Notes: generated by a model from the letters alone, not told the origin. A stretch of DNA of 64,000 nucleotides from Armatimonadota bacterium (GCA_025062195.1 JANXAS010000006.1:13072-77071), one strand, 5' to 3'. Numbered from the stretch's first letter, positions 33,766 to 44,142 are shown. A program made the numbers and translations.

Positions 33766-35750
33766 CGAGCATGTGGCACATCAAAAACGAGCATCGCGTG
33801 CCCGCCAAACTTTGGTATAGTGCAAGAGACAACTTTGCCATCAAATTCAAAACCTATTTCCAGCCCATCAGGCGCAATATACACCCTTGTAGGACGCCTG
33901 TCCAAACGGAGCGCAATTGAAATGTTATGCAACTCCGGCAAGAGATCAATCTGTTCGGGATGCTCACCTCGCCTTGTCACATGGTAATTGACCAAATGAA
34001 CAATTAGCCTTCCGTCCTGCTTTGTGACGGTTGCTTCAACTGTTGAGGGTGCATCCGTATGCAGCAACTTTTCCGGCATAAGCAACGATATGCAGTTTGC
34101 AATTAGCTGTCTGTAGGCGAAGTTGCCATGGTTGTGGTAAGCGCTGAATATAGGCGCGTAGATGTAAGTGACATTGCCGTTGCGTATTACAGCCGGTGCG
34201 ACATCCCTCTCCTTAACCGGGGCATATTGATGCGATGTGAAGTGCTCCCAAGTGCGCTCAAAGTATGGATGATGAACACTCGCAAGAACTTGCGCCCAGT
34301 TGTGCGCTTCCACCCTGCACGAACGCTCATACATGACATAATCAAACTTCTCAAGCCCATGGGACAACTCATCGCCAACGCTGAAGTAATCTGGCACTAT
34401 AGGCGAGTCGCCAATGTAGCTTGCCCCCATCTCATCAGAAAGAGCAAATTGACACGTATGCTCATCCAAAAGCGCCTTGTAAGATAACAGCAGCTTACCG
34501 CCATCGCCTATAAATCGCCTAAGCTTTCGGACGAGTTCATTATCTGGAGCACCGTCGTCGGCAACGATGATAAGTTCGTATTTCCTAAAATCGTGTGATG
34601 GGTCAATGACATCAAACTGATGGTGCAATTCCATGAGCATCCTGCAGGCTCCGTAGTCCGATAATGAGGGCGCATCAATCATGAGCAGTGCTATTTGCGT
34701 TAACGGCTCAGCACCAATGCACCACCTTTCCTTGCTCGCCACATTCCCGTATATGCTTCCTATGAGCTTGTAAACAGCGCCATCAAGTTTCATCCTCGGA
34801 TGAGCTTGATCGCCAATTGAACATGCAGCGCAGTTTGCAAGCATTGAACCGCACTCATACTCCAGCTGTGCGCTTGTCTTCAACCCACCAAAGTCACCCC
34901 AGGATTTGTGGAAACGAGCTGTCATGCCCAAAACGGGCAACCCGAAATTGCGCACATAGCGCACCCACATCGGGAAGTAAAGGTAGCCCCATCCACCGGT
35001 GGGCAAAGCCTCAATCTCAACATGCGACATGTATTTCGCCCACTGTCCAAAGCCATACCTTACAGCACCATTGTAGAATATAGTGGCGTTGCGCCTTTTG
35101 CTCCATATCAAATTGCTCATGCGCTCCATAAATCTGAGCGTGACATTAAGACCGTGCTTTTTCCTATCGGACGGATTTGATGGGTCAAGCCCCATGCGCT
35201 TCATCTCGTCAAAGCAATAGCGGCAGCAACATCCGTCAAGCTGCATGAAGACGATGTCAAAGAAAAAGCCGTCAACATCATAGCCGTCAAGCAACTCGTT
35301 GACTTGAGCCTCAATGTAATCAACATATGGTGTATTAATGCACACATGCTTCCAACCGGCTTGAAACGGCTCTGCGCCAACCGGCTTCCCATTGGCGTCC
35401 ATTCGGCGCCACTCGGGATGCGTCTCAGCAATGTGGTTATCCCAAATGACCGAGTAGTAGATTGGGCAGCGTATGTCGGCTCTATGACAAGCTTCAATTT
35501 GCCACCCGAGCAAGTCAAACTTGAGTGCTGGATGGCGGACGCCCACTTTCGTATCGTAATAAGACATGCCATGATGGCACTTGGCGAAGCAAGTGATGGA
35601 ATTAACTGATGCTGCTTTAAGCACCTTTACAAATTCATCCGCTTCAAAATCCGCACCCACATCATCTATCGCCGAAGATGTGTGAAAGTCAAGGTGAACC
35701 TGCCTAAATGGCAAAACGAATTTGTGCCGCTCATACATGCCATAGCCCAC
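33762..35750 (-). CDS. Putative glycoside-hydrolase-like TIM-barrel protein (GHL6 / beta-galactosidase-trimerisation-like), 662 aa
   Basis: The N-terminal FRQVHLDFHTS ... CFAKCHHGMSYYDT pattern is one I associate with the GHL6 family. The assignment comes from memory of the motif only. Confidence 0.5.
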
Positions 35751-35755
35751 CTCCG

Positions 35756-36808
35756 CTATCCAATTAACTCAACGACACCGCCACTCATAGCGCTTTCATA
35801 AACTGCTTCAGCTATGCGCAGTGACCAATAGCCATCCCAAAGGTCTGGACCGCCGGAAGCCTCATTTAGGCAGCGCTTGATGAAATGTTCAACCTCGCTG
35901 AGGTATCCAAATGTCCTTCTGCTGTCAATTATTCCAGTCCATGTTGGCGAGAAGACACAAAGGTATCTTCCGGCATGCGGTGCTGCATCGGTAAAATCGC
36001 TGCGCCTTTGCCAATACAACCTGAGCATGTCCTCGCAAACTATGTGGGTCTCATAGCCGATGAGTTCAAGCACTTCGCATATGTCCCTGAAACCCTGCTT
36101 ACAATCCAAGCTGCTCAGATAAAGTTGTGAAAGCGCCCCCGAGGCAAACTGGAGATTGACCAGGAAGGCAAACTGAGTTGGCGTTACTTCACGATACAAC
36201 GCATGCACACACCTAACATCGCCGCCGAAATAACGCACCAAGTCAAATATGTGGCAGAGCTGCCCTATTAGCATCGCCTTGCAAGGCGGCTCAATACCCC
36301 AAATGCTTGGATAAGGTCCTTGAGCAAACTTACATCTTATGATATGCAATTGCCCAAACTCATCTCGGCTCACAATCTCCTTAGCCATCCTATAGACATC
36401 GGCGAAGCGTTTCATGAAGCCAACTTGTCCAAATGTGCTGTGGGCATCTGCAAGCTCAGCCAATTCCATAGCCTGCTGCGCTGTCACTGCAGATGGCTTT
36501 TCAACATACACTGGAATGCCCCTTCTCAAAGCCTTCGGCGCAAGCTCATAGTGCATTGGTGCAGGCCCGATGATGAAGACGCCATCAAGTTCCTCGCTGT
36601 CAAGCATCTTCTCCATGTCCGAATAGTAGCGCCTTGCGCCGAACCTGCGCGCAGCATCCATTGCCCTTTCAGCAACGATGTCACAGACCGCCACCAAATC
36701 GGCGCTCGGAATGAAGGCGAAGTTTGGAAGGATGGAGCGCGATGAAAAGCTTCCGCACCCAACTACAGCCACCCTCGCACGCCTCTCCGAATTTACCATC
36801 GCATTCAC
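35756..36808 (-). CDS. Gfo/Idh/MocA-family oxidoreductase
   Basis: Rossmann motif ARVAVVGCGSFSSRSILPNF and the EKP motif (VYVEKPSA). It overlaps coaBC by 4 nt. Confidence 0.85.
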   Translation of the reverse strand: MNAMVNSERRARVAVVGCGSFSSRSILPNFAFIPSADLVAVCDIVAERAMDAARRFGARRYYSDMEKMLDSEELDGVFIIGPAPMHYELAPKALRRGIPVYVEKPSAVTAQQAMELAELADAHSTFGQVGFMKRFADVYRMAKEIVSRDEFGQLHIIRCKFAQGPYPSIWGIEPPCKAMLIGQLCHIFDLVRYFGGDVRCVHALYREVTPTQFAFLVNLQFASGALSQLYLSSLDCKQGFRDICEVLELIGYETHIVCEDMLRLYWQRRSDFTDAAPHAGRYLCVFSPTWTGIIDSRRTFGYLSEVEHFIKRCLNEASGGPDLWDGYWSLRIAEAVYESAMSGGVVELIG

Positions 36809-38079
36809 CCCTTAAGTGTGCCCTTTGCAATCAGCATTTCCCTGACATGGTTAAGCAAGCGATGAGCCACTTCAAGCTTGCTCATTATCGGCAAATCCTC
36901 AAGAACGCCATCCCTTCTGATTATGGTGACGATGTTAGTATCAACACCGAAGCCAGCACCCTGTCTTGTTATGTCATTTGCCACAACCATATCCAAGCCC
37001 TTGCGATGCATCTTCTCGGTTGCCCCAGCAACCGGCTCGCCATATTCGGCGGCGAAGCCAATAAGCAGCAAGTCTTTGTAACGCTCTCTCACCGCAGCCA
37101 TTATGTCCGGTGTTGGCTCAAGCTCAATTCTCAGCCTCTCGTGTTCGGCGCGCTTTAGCTTGCCCTCGGTAACTTCAACCGGTCGGAAGTCACACGGTGC
37201 CCCGGCGCCGATCACGACATCGTAGTTTTCCTTTGAAAGCTCATCAAGTATGGAACAAAGCATCTGTCGCGTTGTAGTGACATTGATGACCTTAGCACCC
37301 TTTGGCGGAGTGACATCAATATGACCGCACACGAGAGTGACAGCAGCGCCACGCTCAATTGCAGCGCTGGCTATTGCGCACCCCATTTTACCGGTTGATG
37401 GATTGGACAGAAATCTAACGGCATCAATTGGCTCCCTTGTTGCGCCTGCGGTGATAAGCATCCTCACACCCTCAAGGTCTCTCAATGGCGGCTTAATGGC
37501 TCTTTCAATCGCCTCAATAATGCGTTCAACCGGAGCTAACCTGCCCTTCCCGAGCCTTCCCGAGGCGAGCCAGCCAACATCTGGCTCAACGATAGTGACG
37601 CCCCTGTCTTTCAATATGCCCAAGTTGGTTTGCGTTGCCGGATGCTCATACATGTCCGCATCCATCGCAGGGGCAACTATGATGGGGCAGCGGACGGCAA
37701 GCAATGTTGTGCTGAGCAGATCGTCGGCGATACCGTGCGCCATCTTGGCGATGATGTTAGCCGTGGCTGGTGCGACAACCACCACATCGGCACTTTTGGC
37801 AAGCTCAATGTGAGCCAATGGCGGCTCGCTCGGATTCTCAAACGGGTCAATGAAAACCGGATTGCCAGAAAGTGTCGCAAAGGTGAGCGGCGCCACAAGT
37901 GCTGCGCCATGCCTCGTCATGACAACATGAACGGATGCACCGCGCTGGCGAAGATGAGAAACAAGTTGGGCAGCTTTGAAAGCGGCAATGCTGCCAGTTA
38001 TACCGATGAGTATTCGCTTACCCTCAAGTAAGTCACTCACGGCTTTGTCACCCTCCTGATGCCAAACTACTCCACGCAT
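36805..38079 (-). CDS. coaBC: Bifunctional phosphopantothenoylcysteine decarboxylase/synthetase
   Basis: Flavoprotein half KRILIGITGSIAAFKAAQLVSHLRQRGASVHVVMT and PAMDADMYEHPATQ; the synthetase half ends ...DMVVANDI. The start is trimmed to the ATG at 38079. Confidence 0.9.
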   Translation of the reverse strand: MRGVVWHQEGDKAVSDLLEGKRILIGITGSIAAFKAAQLVSHLRQRGASVHVVMTRHGAALVAPLTFATLSGNPVFIDPFENPSEPPLAHIELAKSADVVVVAPATANIIAKMAHGIADDLLSTTLLAVRCPIIVAPAMDADMYEHPATQTNLGILKDRGVTIVEPDVGWLASGRLGKGRLAPVERIIEAIERAIKPPLRDLEGVRMLITAGATREPIDAVRFLSNPSTGKMGCAIASAAIERGAAVTLVCGHIDVTPPKGAKVINVTTTRQMLCSILDELSKENYDVVIGAGAPCDFRPVEVTEGKLKRAEHERLRIELEPTPDIMAAVRERYKDLLLIGFAAEYGEPVAGATEKMHRKGLDMVVANDITRQGAGFGVDTNIVTIIRRDGVLEDLPIMSKLEVAHRLLNHVREMLIAKGTLKG

Positions 38080-38224
38080 GATGCATCGCCCCTTACAGCT
38101 CCCTTTCCTTTCGGTTGCTGCCGCAATGTTAGTGATGAGATAGCCGATAAGACACACTCCAAAATGAACAACAACGCAAATGACCTGCCAGCCAAAATCT
38201 CACCGGTTATGTCTTATCATTGGC

Positions 38225-41200
38225 TCACTGCTTTTCGCCCTTGAAATACCGATATTGGAAGGTGGCGGAATTGCCCGCAGCATCAAAGATGCGCACATCA
38301 AGCGTGTGTTTTCCGGATGGCAATCTATCAACTGGTATGATGAGTTCCTCCTCACGGGAGTCAAAGCTCCCATCGGCACACATCAGCGGATACCACTTAT
38401 CTCCAACTTTAAACTCCGCCCTCAAGACCCATGTGGTCTCATCGCGCACAAATATACGCTGTGGCGGCGCACCGAATGTTTCGTCGCCTACGCCTTTTGC
38501 ATCCTTTACCTCCGTCATCTTTGGCGAGACGACAATCGGCGGCGTATTATCAATGATAAAGCTCGGTGAGACGGCTTCCGCCTTCATCTGATTCAGTGGG
38601 TTGCTTAACACGTCTGAAGCCACAACCTTGAGCACATACCTACCATCGGGTAATTGTGTTGTGTCCCATTCAAGCTTTTGCTTCCGCCAAGTCTGCTCCG
38701 TCGCCGCGCTTTCGGATGTAACCTGTTCAACCAACTCTTCGGAGACCTCTGGCATAGGCGGTGTCTCAACAACTATGCCCGTTTCACCCTTCTGCAGCTC
38801 TGGCCGTTGTCCATCACCTTCTTGTTTAACACCCTCCTGAGCCGATGTATCCTTAGAGCTTTCACTCTCAGCTTTTTTGCCCTTCCTCTCCGGCTTGGCT
38901 TCCTTAACTCGTTGCCAGGTCTTTCCGCCATCACTTGAGCAGTAAATCTCAAATTCAAGTTCGTCACCATTGGCGTCGTATGCCTTCCACTCAACCGTCA
39001 CAGTCTTTGCGATTATAGCGCCCGCAGCCGGCGAGACAAACTGAACGCTTGGCGCAACATTGATGGGCGTGAAAGAAACCACAGCTCCGTAAAGCTTTGG
39101 ATGCGCATTGTTGTTGCTCTCGACTTTTATGCGCCATTGTAACGCTCTTGCTGGTGGAGATTTGATGAGAAAGCCATCCTCCGACAGCTCAGCCCTTTCC
39201 CAATCAGACCATGTCTCATCCGGCAACTCGCTGTTGCCAGAGCGCGATTCAACAACTACAACTGCATCATCGCCGGCATCCATAAGGCACTTCAGGATAC
39301 GCCAATTGGCAATGCTTGGGAGCACAAACGCCGGCGAGATGTATTCGCCAATACCAGATCTATACAGCTTTACAACCTTGCCACTGATTGACATGACGCT
39401 GAGCAAGCCATCGGCGCTTGAAACAAATTGCGCTGCAAACTCGTTGCTAAATTTGAGTGCCTGCCCGTGTGCGCTATCCATATCAACTAAGTAAATAGCG
39501 TGGGGCGTAATTCCGCTCACAATGAGCGTGCCATCGCCTGAGGGATAAATGTCAGCGATGTGCCTTGAGGGTGTATCGCAAAGCAATTTGCACTCGCCGC
39601 TGCCGGATAGGCGAAATATCTCGCCATGCGGCGTTGTGCCAATGTAAACATCGCCATCAGGAGAAGCATACAGTGAGGATATTGCGCCCCTCTTTGTCTC
39701 CCAAATTAGCCTGTAACTTCCATCCGGCAATATGCGCCAAAGTTTCCCCATAGGGTAAGTGCCAGCGTATATTGAGCCATCATTGCCAACTGAAAGCGCC
39801 ATCACATGTTCATCAAGCGCCTCAAGGAGAAGCTTTGTCCGACCATCTTTTGTGACTTGAAACACTCTCCCCGGAAGACCAGTCCCAATGAGCACATCAC
39901 CTGAGCGAGATTGGCGCATTGCCCATATGTGCTTGCAATCAATTTTGAGCCAGACGCCCGGCGTAACTGAACCATCATTGTCGGAGACATTCATTGAGTA
40001 GACTTCGCCATTCGGTGATGTGCCGATGAGCAGCCTATCACCGAGCAGCAGCAAAGCCGTCGGGATGCAATGCAGCCCATCTTTGCCGTGAAAGCTGCAA
40101 ATCGCCTTTGCAGAACCGTTTGAGATGGAGTAGACAATTCCGCTTTGCCACGAACACGCATACAAAGTCCCGTTATCAAAAATTGCGGCTCGCCATATTC
40201 CGCCGTCGCCAAGCTCAACTAAGCTGCTCGCTTTCAAACCGATTCTCACTGAACCGTCGCTTGCCACAAATGCGCCATCGCACTTGCCCCTCATCAACTC
40301 CTTTTGCGACTTAAGTTCAATCTTGCGAGCCTTAAGAGCTCCCTCAGGGAGATGCTGCATCCTATCGCCTTCTGTTGCTCTTTGAGCCGACTCATCCTGA
40401 ATCTTCTCCTCATCACCTTGCTCATCACTCGCTTCACCCGTGAGCTCACCCGCTGGTTCTTCCTCCTCCCCACCCTGAAGTGATAGCGCAAACATGCCCG
40501 ACCACAACTTGGCAAGCACCTTCAATGTCATATTGTTTGAGCCACAGATAGCCTCGCCCTGTATGCCGAGCAACTGACCAAGCTGCTCAAAAAGCTCAAG
40601 TGCGCCCTCCTCTTGACGCATGCGAGCCCTCTCAAGCTCTTGCGATGGTTGCGGCACATCCTTTGTATACTCAGGCTCAATCCTTATGCTCAACATTTTC
40701 ATCCCGCGAACAACATACCCAACATCAATGCACTTTGAGAGTTCGCCATAGCCAACATGAAACATGTCATCGCCCAGGGCATTCATCTCCTCAAGTATCT
40801 TAAAAGGCATATTGTGAGCAAGTCTTCCGTTGACCCATGCATCCATGCTCGGCAACTGAAGACACACAAACAGCTGGTCATTTCTCTCCCTGTTCACCAG
40901 CCCCTCAATGAGCTGCGAGAGCGAGTTTGGGCGGCGCTGCAATATACCAAGACGGTTGCGCAAACGCTGTGCATCAGCACCGCCAGAGACGCCGATTCGC
41001 AGCGTGCAAACTCGCCTTACATCCGGCAGACATAACTTGATTTCCTTTTGCTCCCAACCACCATGAGCTCGGCGCATGTGTATTGTGAGCTTCACTTCGT
41101 CCTTGGGGCGAGCCACGCGCTTATCGCAAACGACACGCTCAATGAAGGCTTCCTGTCTCTTGCTTGTATTCTCGAGCTTTACAAGGACGCTTTTAACATT

Positions 41201-42553
41201 CACCCTCTCAAATCTGTTCTCCTCAAGCAGCAGGAGCGTTTGAATTAGCTCGGCAGTTGAAGGCATTGAATAACCCAAGAGCTTTTCAATCAAGCTCGCC
41301 CTGCTCTCAACGAATGCGTTCTGGCGCTTTATCTTCGGCAAACCATCAGCGCTTATCTCGTAGGATACGAATGTTGTCCCGCTGGGAATACCGCTTGTGA
41401 CATTCGTGAATGCGAGCGAAATGAGCAGATCAACCAGCAGCACAGTCAGCTCACGGTGCCTGAAAACGGATACATTGAAGAGGCGCTTAACACCCCTGTC
41501 ATTATCACTCACAGAGATGCCCAACTGGAGCATCTTCGGGCGCAACCCAACTATGCCAGACATGGCAAATGCCCTGTCCTGAGTGAAAGCACCAACTACG
41601 CTGAGCGGTGATGCGAGTTTGATGGATATGTATTGGCTCGGTAATACGCCATGCACATATGCAGTTGTGAGCGGTATGCTCGTCTCACCAGCGAGAAGGA
41701 ATGGATGCCCAAACGCCAAAATGACATTCCCCTTGCGATATGTTAGAGCCCCTATCGCTGTTAGTTCAATATCACCGCAAGTTAGCTGTGCTCCGACTGC
41801 CGCGCCAGGCTCAAGCGAGACCTTGAGTTTTGGTGCATTGACTGGCTTACCCGGAGATAGCATGGGGATGAGAGCATATGGTTGAAGGAGTTTCTTCAAA
41901 CGCTCAAGCGAAGCCTTCGGCATGCCATGAACCATTAACGGTGTTGCCACAGGGACAAGCAATATCTCATCCTGCGAAACTCTTATCTCACCTTCATCCG
42001 GTAAGCAAGTCCTCAACCTTACCGACTTTATACGCCTTCCTGAAAGGAGTATGCTTCCGCTTACAGGCTTTAACCTCACAGTCTTTGGCATGCTCGCAGC
42101 ACCAGTTGCAGACGCAGCGAAGGTTGACTCAACCATGCTTTTTATCGGCGTCACACCAGCTATCGGTGCTTTTGAGAAAGCCCATGCATATGAAATGGCT
42201 CCAGCAAGCTTTCCAGCAATGTAAACTGGAGAGCCACTCATACCGGCGGCAACTCCCCAGCCATTTGAAACGACTGGACCACCATCAATCCGTATGAGTA
42301 TTAAGTCCATGCCAAAGTCAACGCCTTTGAGCACACCTATGACTGTCACCGGGAGGGTGCTCACCTTAGTGCCATTAAATGTGCTCTTGCAGTAGCCGCG
42401 CATGCCCGTGGATATGCGTTCTACCGGAATGTATTCATTTGGTGGGAGCAACTGATGGAGTTCTTTGGCACAGGTCAATCCACAAGCTGCGGCAAGAAAA
42501 ATCAACACCATAGTGGCGAATCTAATGCGCCAAAGAGCTACAACGCTACTCAT
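38225..42553 (-). CDS. Giant secreted protein: SpoIVB-like peptidase S55 domain, beta-propeller-like repeats and Ig-like C-terminal domains, 1442 aa
   Basis: Signal peptide. AAGMSGSPVYIAGKLAGAISYAW resembles the SpoIVB catalytic-serine region, and ILAFGHPFLLAGETSIPLTTAYV is S55-like. An acidic linker (GGEEEEPAGELTGEASDEQGDEE) follows. Repeats of the form G..G.VY...... come next (LLIGTSPNGEVYSM, VLIGTGLPGRVFQV, IYAGTYPMGKLWRI, VYIGTTPHGEIFRL). The C-terminus reads ...LPDGRYVLKVVASD...IIDNTPP. Confidence 0.75.
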   Translation of the reverse strand: MSSVVALWRIRFATMVLIFLAAACGLTCAKELHQLLPPNEYIPVERISTGMRGYCKSTFNGTKVSTLPVTVIGVLKGVDFGMDLILIRIDGGPVVSNGWGVAAGMSGSPVYIAGKLAGAISYAWAFSKAPIAGVTPIKSMVESTFAASATGAASMPKTVRLKPVSGSILLSGRRIKSVRLRTCLPDEGEIRVSQDEILLVPVATPLMVHGMPKASLERLKKLLQPYALIPMLSPGKPVNAPKLKVSLEPGAAVGAQLTCGDIELTAIGALTYRKGNVILAFGHPFLLAGETSIPLTTAYVHGVLPSQYISIKLASPLSVVGAFTQDRAFAMSGIVGLRPKMLQLGISVSDNDRGVKRLFNVSVFRHRELTVLLVDLLISLAFTNVTSGIPSGTTFVSYEISADGLPKIKRQNAFVESRASLIEKLLGYSMPSTAELIQTLLLLEENRFERVNVKSVLVKLENTSKRQEAFIERVVCDKRVARPKDEVKLTIHMRRAHGGWEQKEIKLCLPDVRRVCTLRIGVSGGADAQRLRNRLGILQRRPNSLSQLIEGLVNRERNDQLFVCLQLPSMDAWVNGRLAHNMPFKILEEMNALGDDMFHVGYGELSKCIDVGYVVRGMKMLSIRIEPEYTKDVPQPSQELERARMRQEEGALELFEQLGQLLGIQGEAICGSNNMTLKVLAKLWSGMFALSLQGGEEEEPAGELTGEASDEQGDEEKIQDESAQRATEGDRMQHLPEGALKARKIELKSQKELMRGKCDGAFVASDGSVRIGLKASSLVELGDGGIWRAAIFDNGTLYACSWQSGIVYSISNGSAKAICSFHGKDGLHCIPTALLLLGDRLLIGTSPNGEVYSMNVSDNDGSVTPGVWLKIDCKHIWAMRQSRSGDVLIGTGLPGRVFQVTKDGRTKLLLEALDEHVMALSVGNDGSIYAGTYPMGKLWRILPDGSYRLIWETKRGAISSLYASPDGDVYIGTTPHGEIFRLSGSGECKLLCDTPSRHIADIYPSGDGTLIVSGITPHAIYLVDMDSAHGQALKFSNEFAAQFVSSADGLLSVMSISGKVVKLYRSGIGEYISPAFVLPSIANWRILKCLMDAGDDAVVVVESRSGNSELPDETWSDWERAELSEDGFLIKSPPARALQWRIKVESNNNAHPKLYGAVVSFTPINVAPSVQFVSPAAGAIIAKTVTVEWKAYDANGDELEFEIYCSSDGGKTWQRVKEAKPERKGKKAESESSKDTSAQEGVKQEGDGQRPELQKGETGIVVETPPMPEVSEELVEQVTSESAATEQTWRKQKLEWDTTQLPDGRYVLKVVASDVLSNPLNQMKAEAVSPSFIIDNTPPIVVSPKMTEVKDAKGVGDETFGAPPQRIFVRDETTWVLRAEFKVGDKWYPLMCADGSFDSREEELIIPVDRLPSGKHTLDVRIFDAAGNSATFQYRYFKGEKQ

Positions 42554-42733
42554 AGTCTAACGCCTCCCTGTCTAAAGGCGTGAAGCCAAAGTAGAGAGCC
42601 ATGAGGGTCACACATGGCTTGAGGTATCCCATTGCCAGCACGACATGCTTAAGACAAGCCTTCGCGCTACCATTGTAACTCAAACCGCAGGGTATAAGCA
42701 AACTGGCAGCGAAAAAACTATATCAGGCTGATA

Positions 42734-43126
42734 GATAATCAGTTTCACTTTTTGCACTACCAAGTCAAGTTCAATGTTGAGTGCAATGTTCTGAATTCAA
42801 AGTTTGCTTCGGAGGGCGAGGCTATTGCCGAACCGAAAAATCTGCGTGCCATGTAGGGGCAGGAAAAGCCTGTCCGAAAAATTCGGCAAGCCAGTAGGCT
42901 TGCCCTACGAGGACAAAACGAAAATTCTTGGCAAACCAAGGTTGTGCCATTAAAGATGACGGAAAAAATCGGAAGGCGAGGCTACTGCCGAGCCGAAAAG
43001 AAAATTTTCCTCGCCGTCTAAAGACGGCGCAAGAGAATTCGTCACTGACCATGGGCTAAAGCCCATAGCATGGTTTTGAAAAGCGCATACCAACAATATT
43101 TGAAGCAAAGAGCGAAACTGATTATC
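42734..43126. repeat. Inverted-repeat-bracketed array of short hairpins (MITE-like or structured-RNA locus)
   Basis: 22-nt arms GATAATCAGTTTCACTTTTTGC (42734..42755) and GCAAAGAGCGAAACTGATTATC (43105..43126) are 20/22 complementary. The interior holds several hairpins and a 32-nt direct repeat (42809..42840 vs 42969..43000, 28/32). Confidence 0.6.
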
Positions 43127-43151
43127 CGACAGACATCAGGGGGTTAATCCG

Positions 43152-43775
43152 ATGTTAGTTTGCATAACTCGGGTAGTATGCTGCTTTCACCTCTTCACAT
43201 TGAAGCCATCACATGAGGGATGTGATGATTCTGGTGAGGGCAGACTGCTGCCCATCATCTGCATCCCGATAGGTGTTGATGAGGATTTGCTCGCGATGGC
43301 GCTGAGAGAAGTTGAAAGAAGCCTTCCCGGAACAAAGTGCATAATACAGCGTGCTGAATCACCCATAGACTTATCAACAGCCTTCGTCAGGCGACGAAAC
43401 CAGCATCTCGCTGATACCATCCTTAAGAGCTTACCAGCTCCTGAGGGTGATAGCCGTCTTATCGGTGTCGTTGATGTGGATATCTACAGCGGGAGCCTTA
43501 ACTTCGTCTTCGGTATAGCTGAGTTGCCTGGCAAAAGGGCGCTCGTATCAACATACAGGTTGCAATTGGGTAATGTGCCGCATGAGCTTTTAGTTGAACG
43601 CCTGACGAAGGAGATAGTCCATGAGCTTGGGCACACATTCGGATTGCGACATTGCAGCAACAAGAGGTGCGTAATGTGCTTCAGCAACTCCATTATGGAC
43701 ACGGACTATAAGTCGGCAAGGCTTTGCGAAATTTGCTTTGAGAAATACCGCCATGCAACATCGCGCCCTGACTAA
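43152..43775 (+). CDS. amzA: Archaemetzincin-like zinc metallopeptidase (peptidase M54 pattern)
   Basis: HELGHTFGLRHCSNKRCVMCFSNSIMDTDYKSARLCEIC fits the archaemetzincin signature HExxHxxGxxxCxxxxCxM...CxxC. AGGGGG lies 7 nt upstream of the ATG. It has ~30 extra N-terminal residues. Confidence 0.75.
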   Translation: MLVCITRVVCCFHLFTLKPSHEGCDDSGEGRLLPIICIPIGVDEDLLAMALREVERSLPGTKCIIQRAESPIDLSTAFVRRRNQHLADTILKSLPAPEGDSRLIGVVDVDIYSGSLNFVFGIAELPGKRALVSTYRLQLGNVPHELLVERLTKEIVHELGHTFGLRHCSNKRCVMCFSNSIMDTDYKSARLCEICFEKYRHATSRPD

Positions 43776-44142
43776 GGTCCGTTTTTAATCCACCTACACC
43801 TCAACTTTGAGTGTGATGCTCCACACCGAGCTAAAAACTTCAGGCTCACCAATAGGTTCGCCCGCTCAATTTCGGATGGCGATGCCCCCCGCCGAATCTT
43901 AAAGAAGTGAACCCAATGGGAAGCCTGCCCTCAGAGCGCATCACCACAATGTTCACACCCGTTTACACTACCGTCTCGGCAAGAAATGTATGGCGCATGA
44001 AGCGCAGGTGGATTTCTTCTGAAGGGCTGTTGTCCGTCCATAAGGAGAAAACCACCGCTGCCTAAAGACCGCGCTCATGAAAAACCACAAGTTAATATGG
44101 GCTATAGCTCATAACAATGGATCGGAAAAAGTGTTCACTGAA

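Noticed and set aside
42809-43000. CsrB/RsmZ-like sponge RNA (multiple GGA motifs)
   Set aside because: I counted about six GGA motifs in ~200 nt, with only one in a hairpin loop (GGC-AGGAAAA-GCC). That is not clearly above chance, and most GGA motifs are not presented in loops.
42756-43104. CRISPR array, or a type III toxin-antitoxin (ToxI-like) RNA repeat array upstream of the amzA-like gene
   Set aside because: The recurring element is only a ~9-nt A-rich spacer and the intervening hairpins all differ. There is therefore no constant repeat of CRISPR (24-48 nt) or ToxI (~36 nt) type. No cas or toxN/abiE-like gene is nearby.
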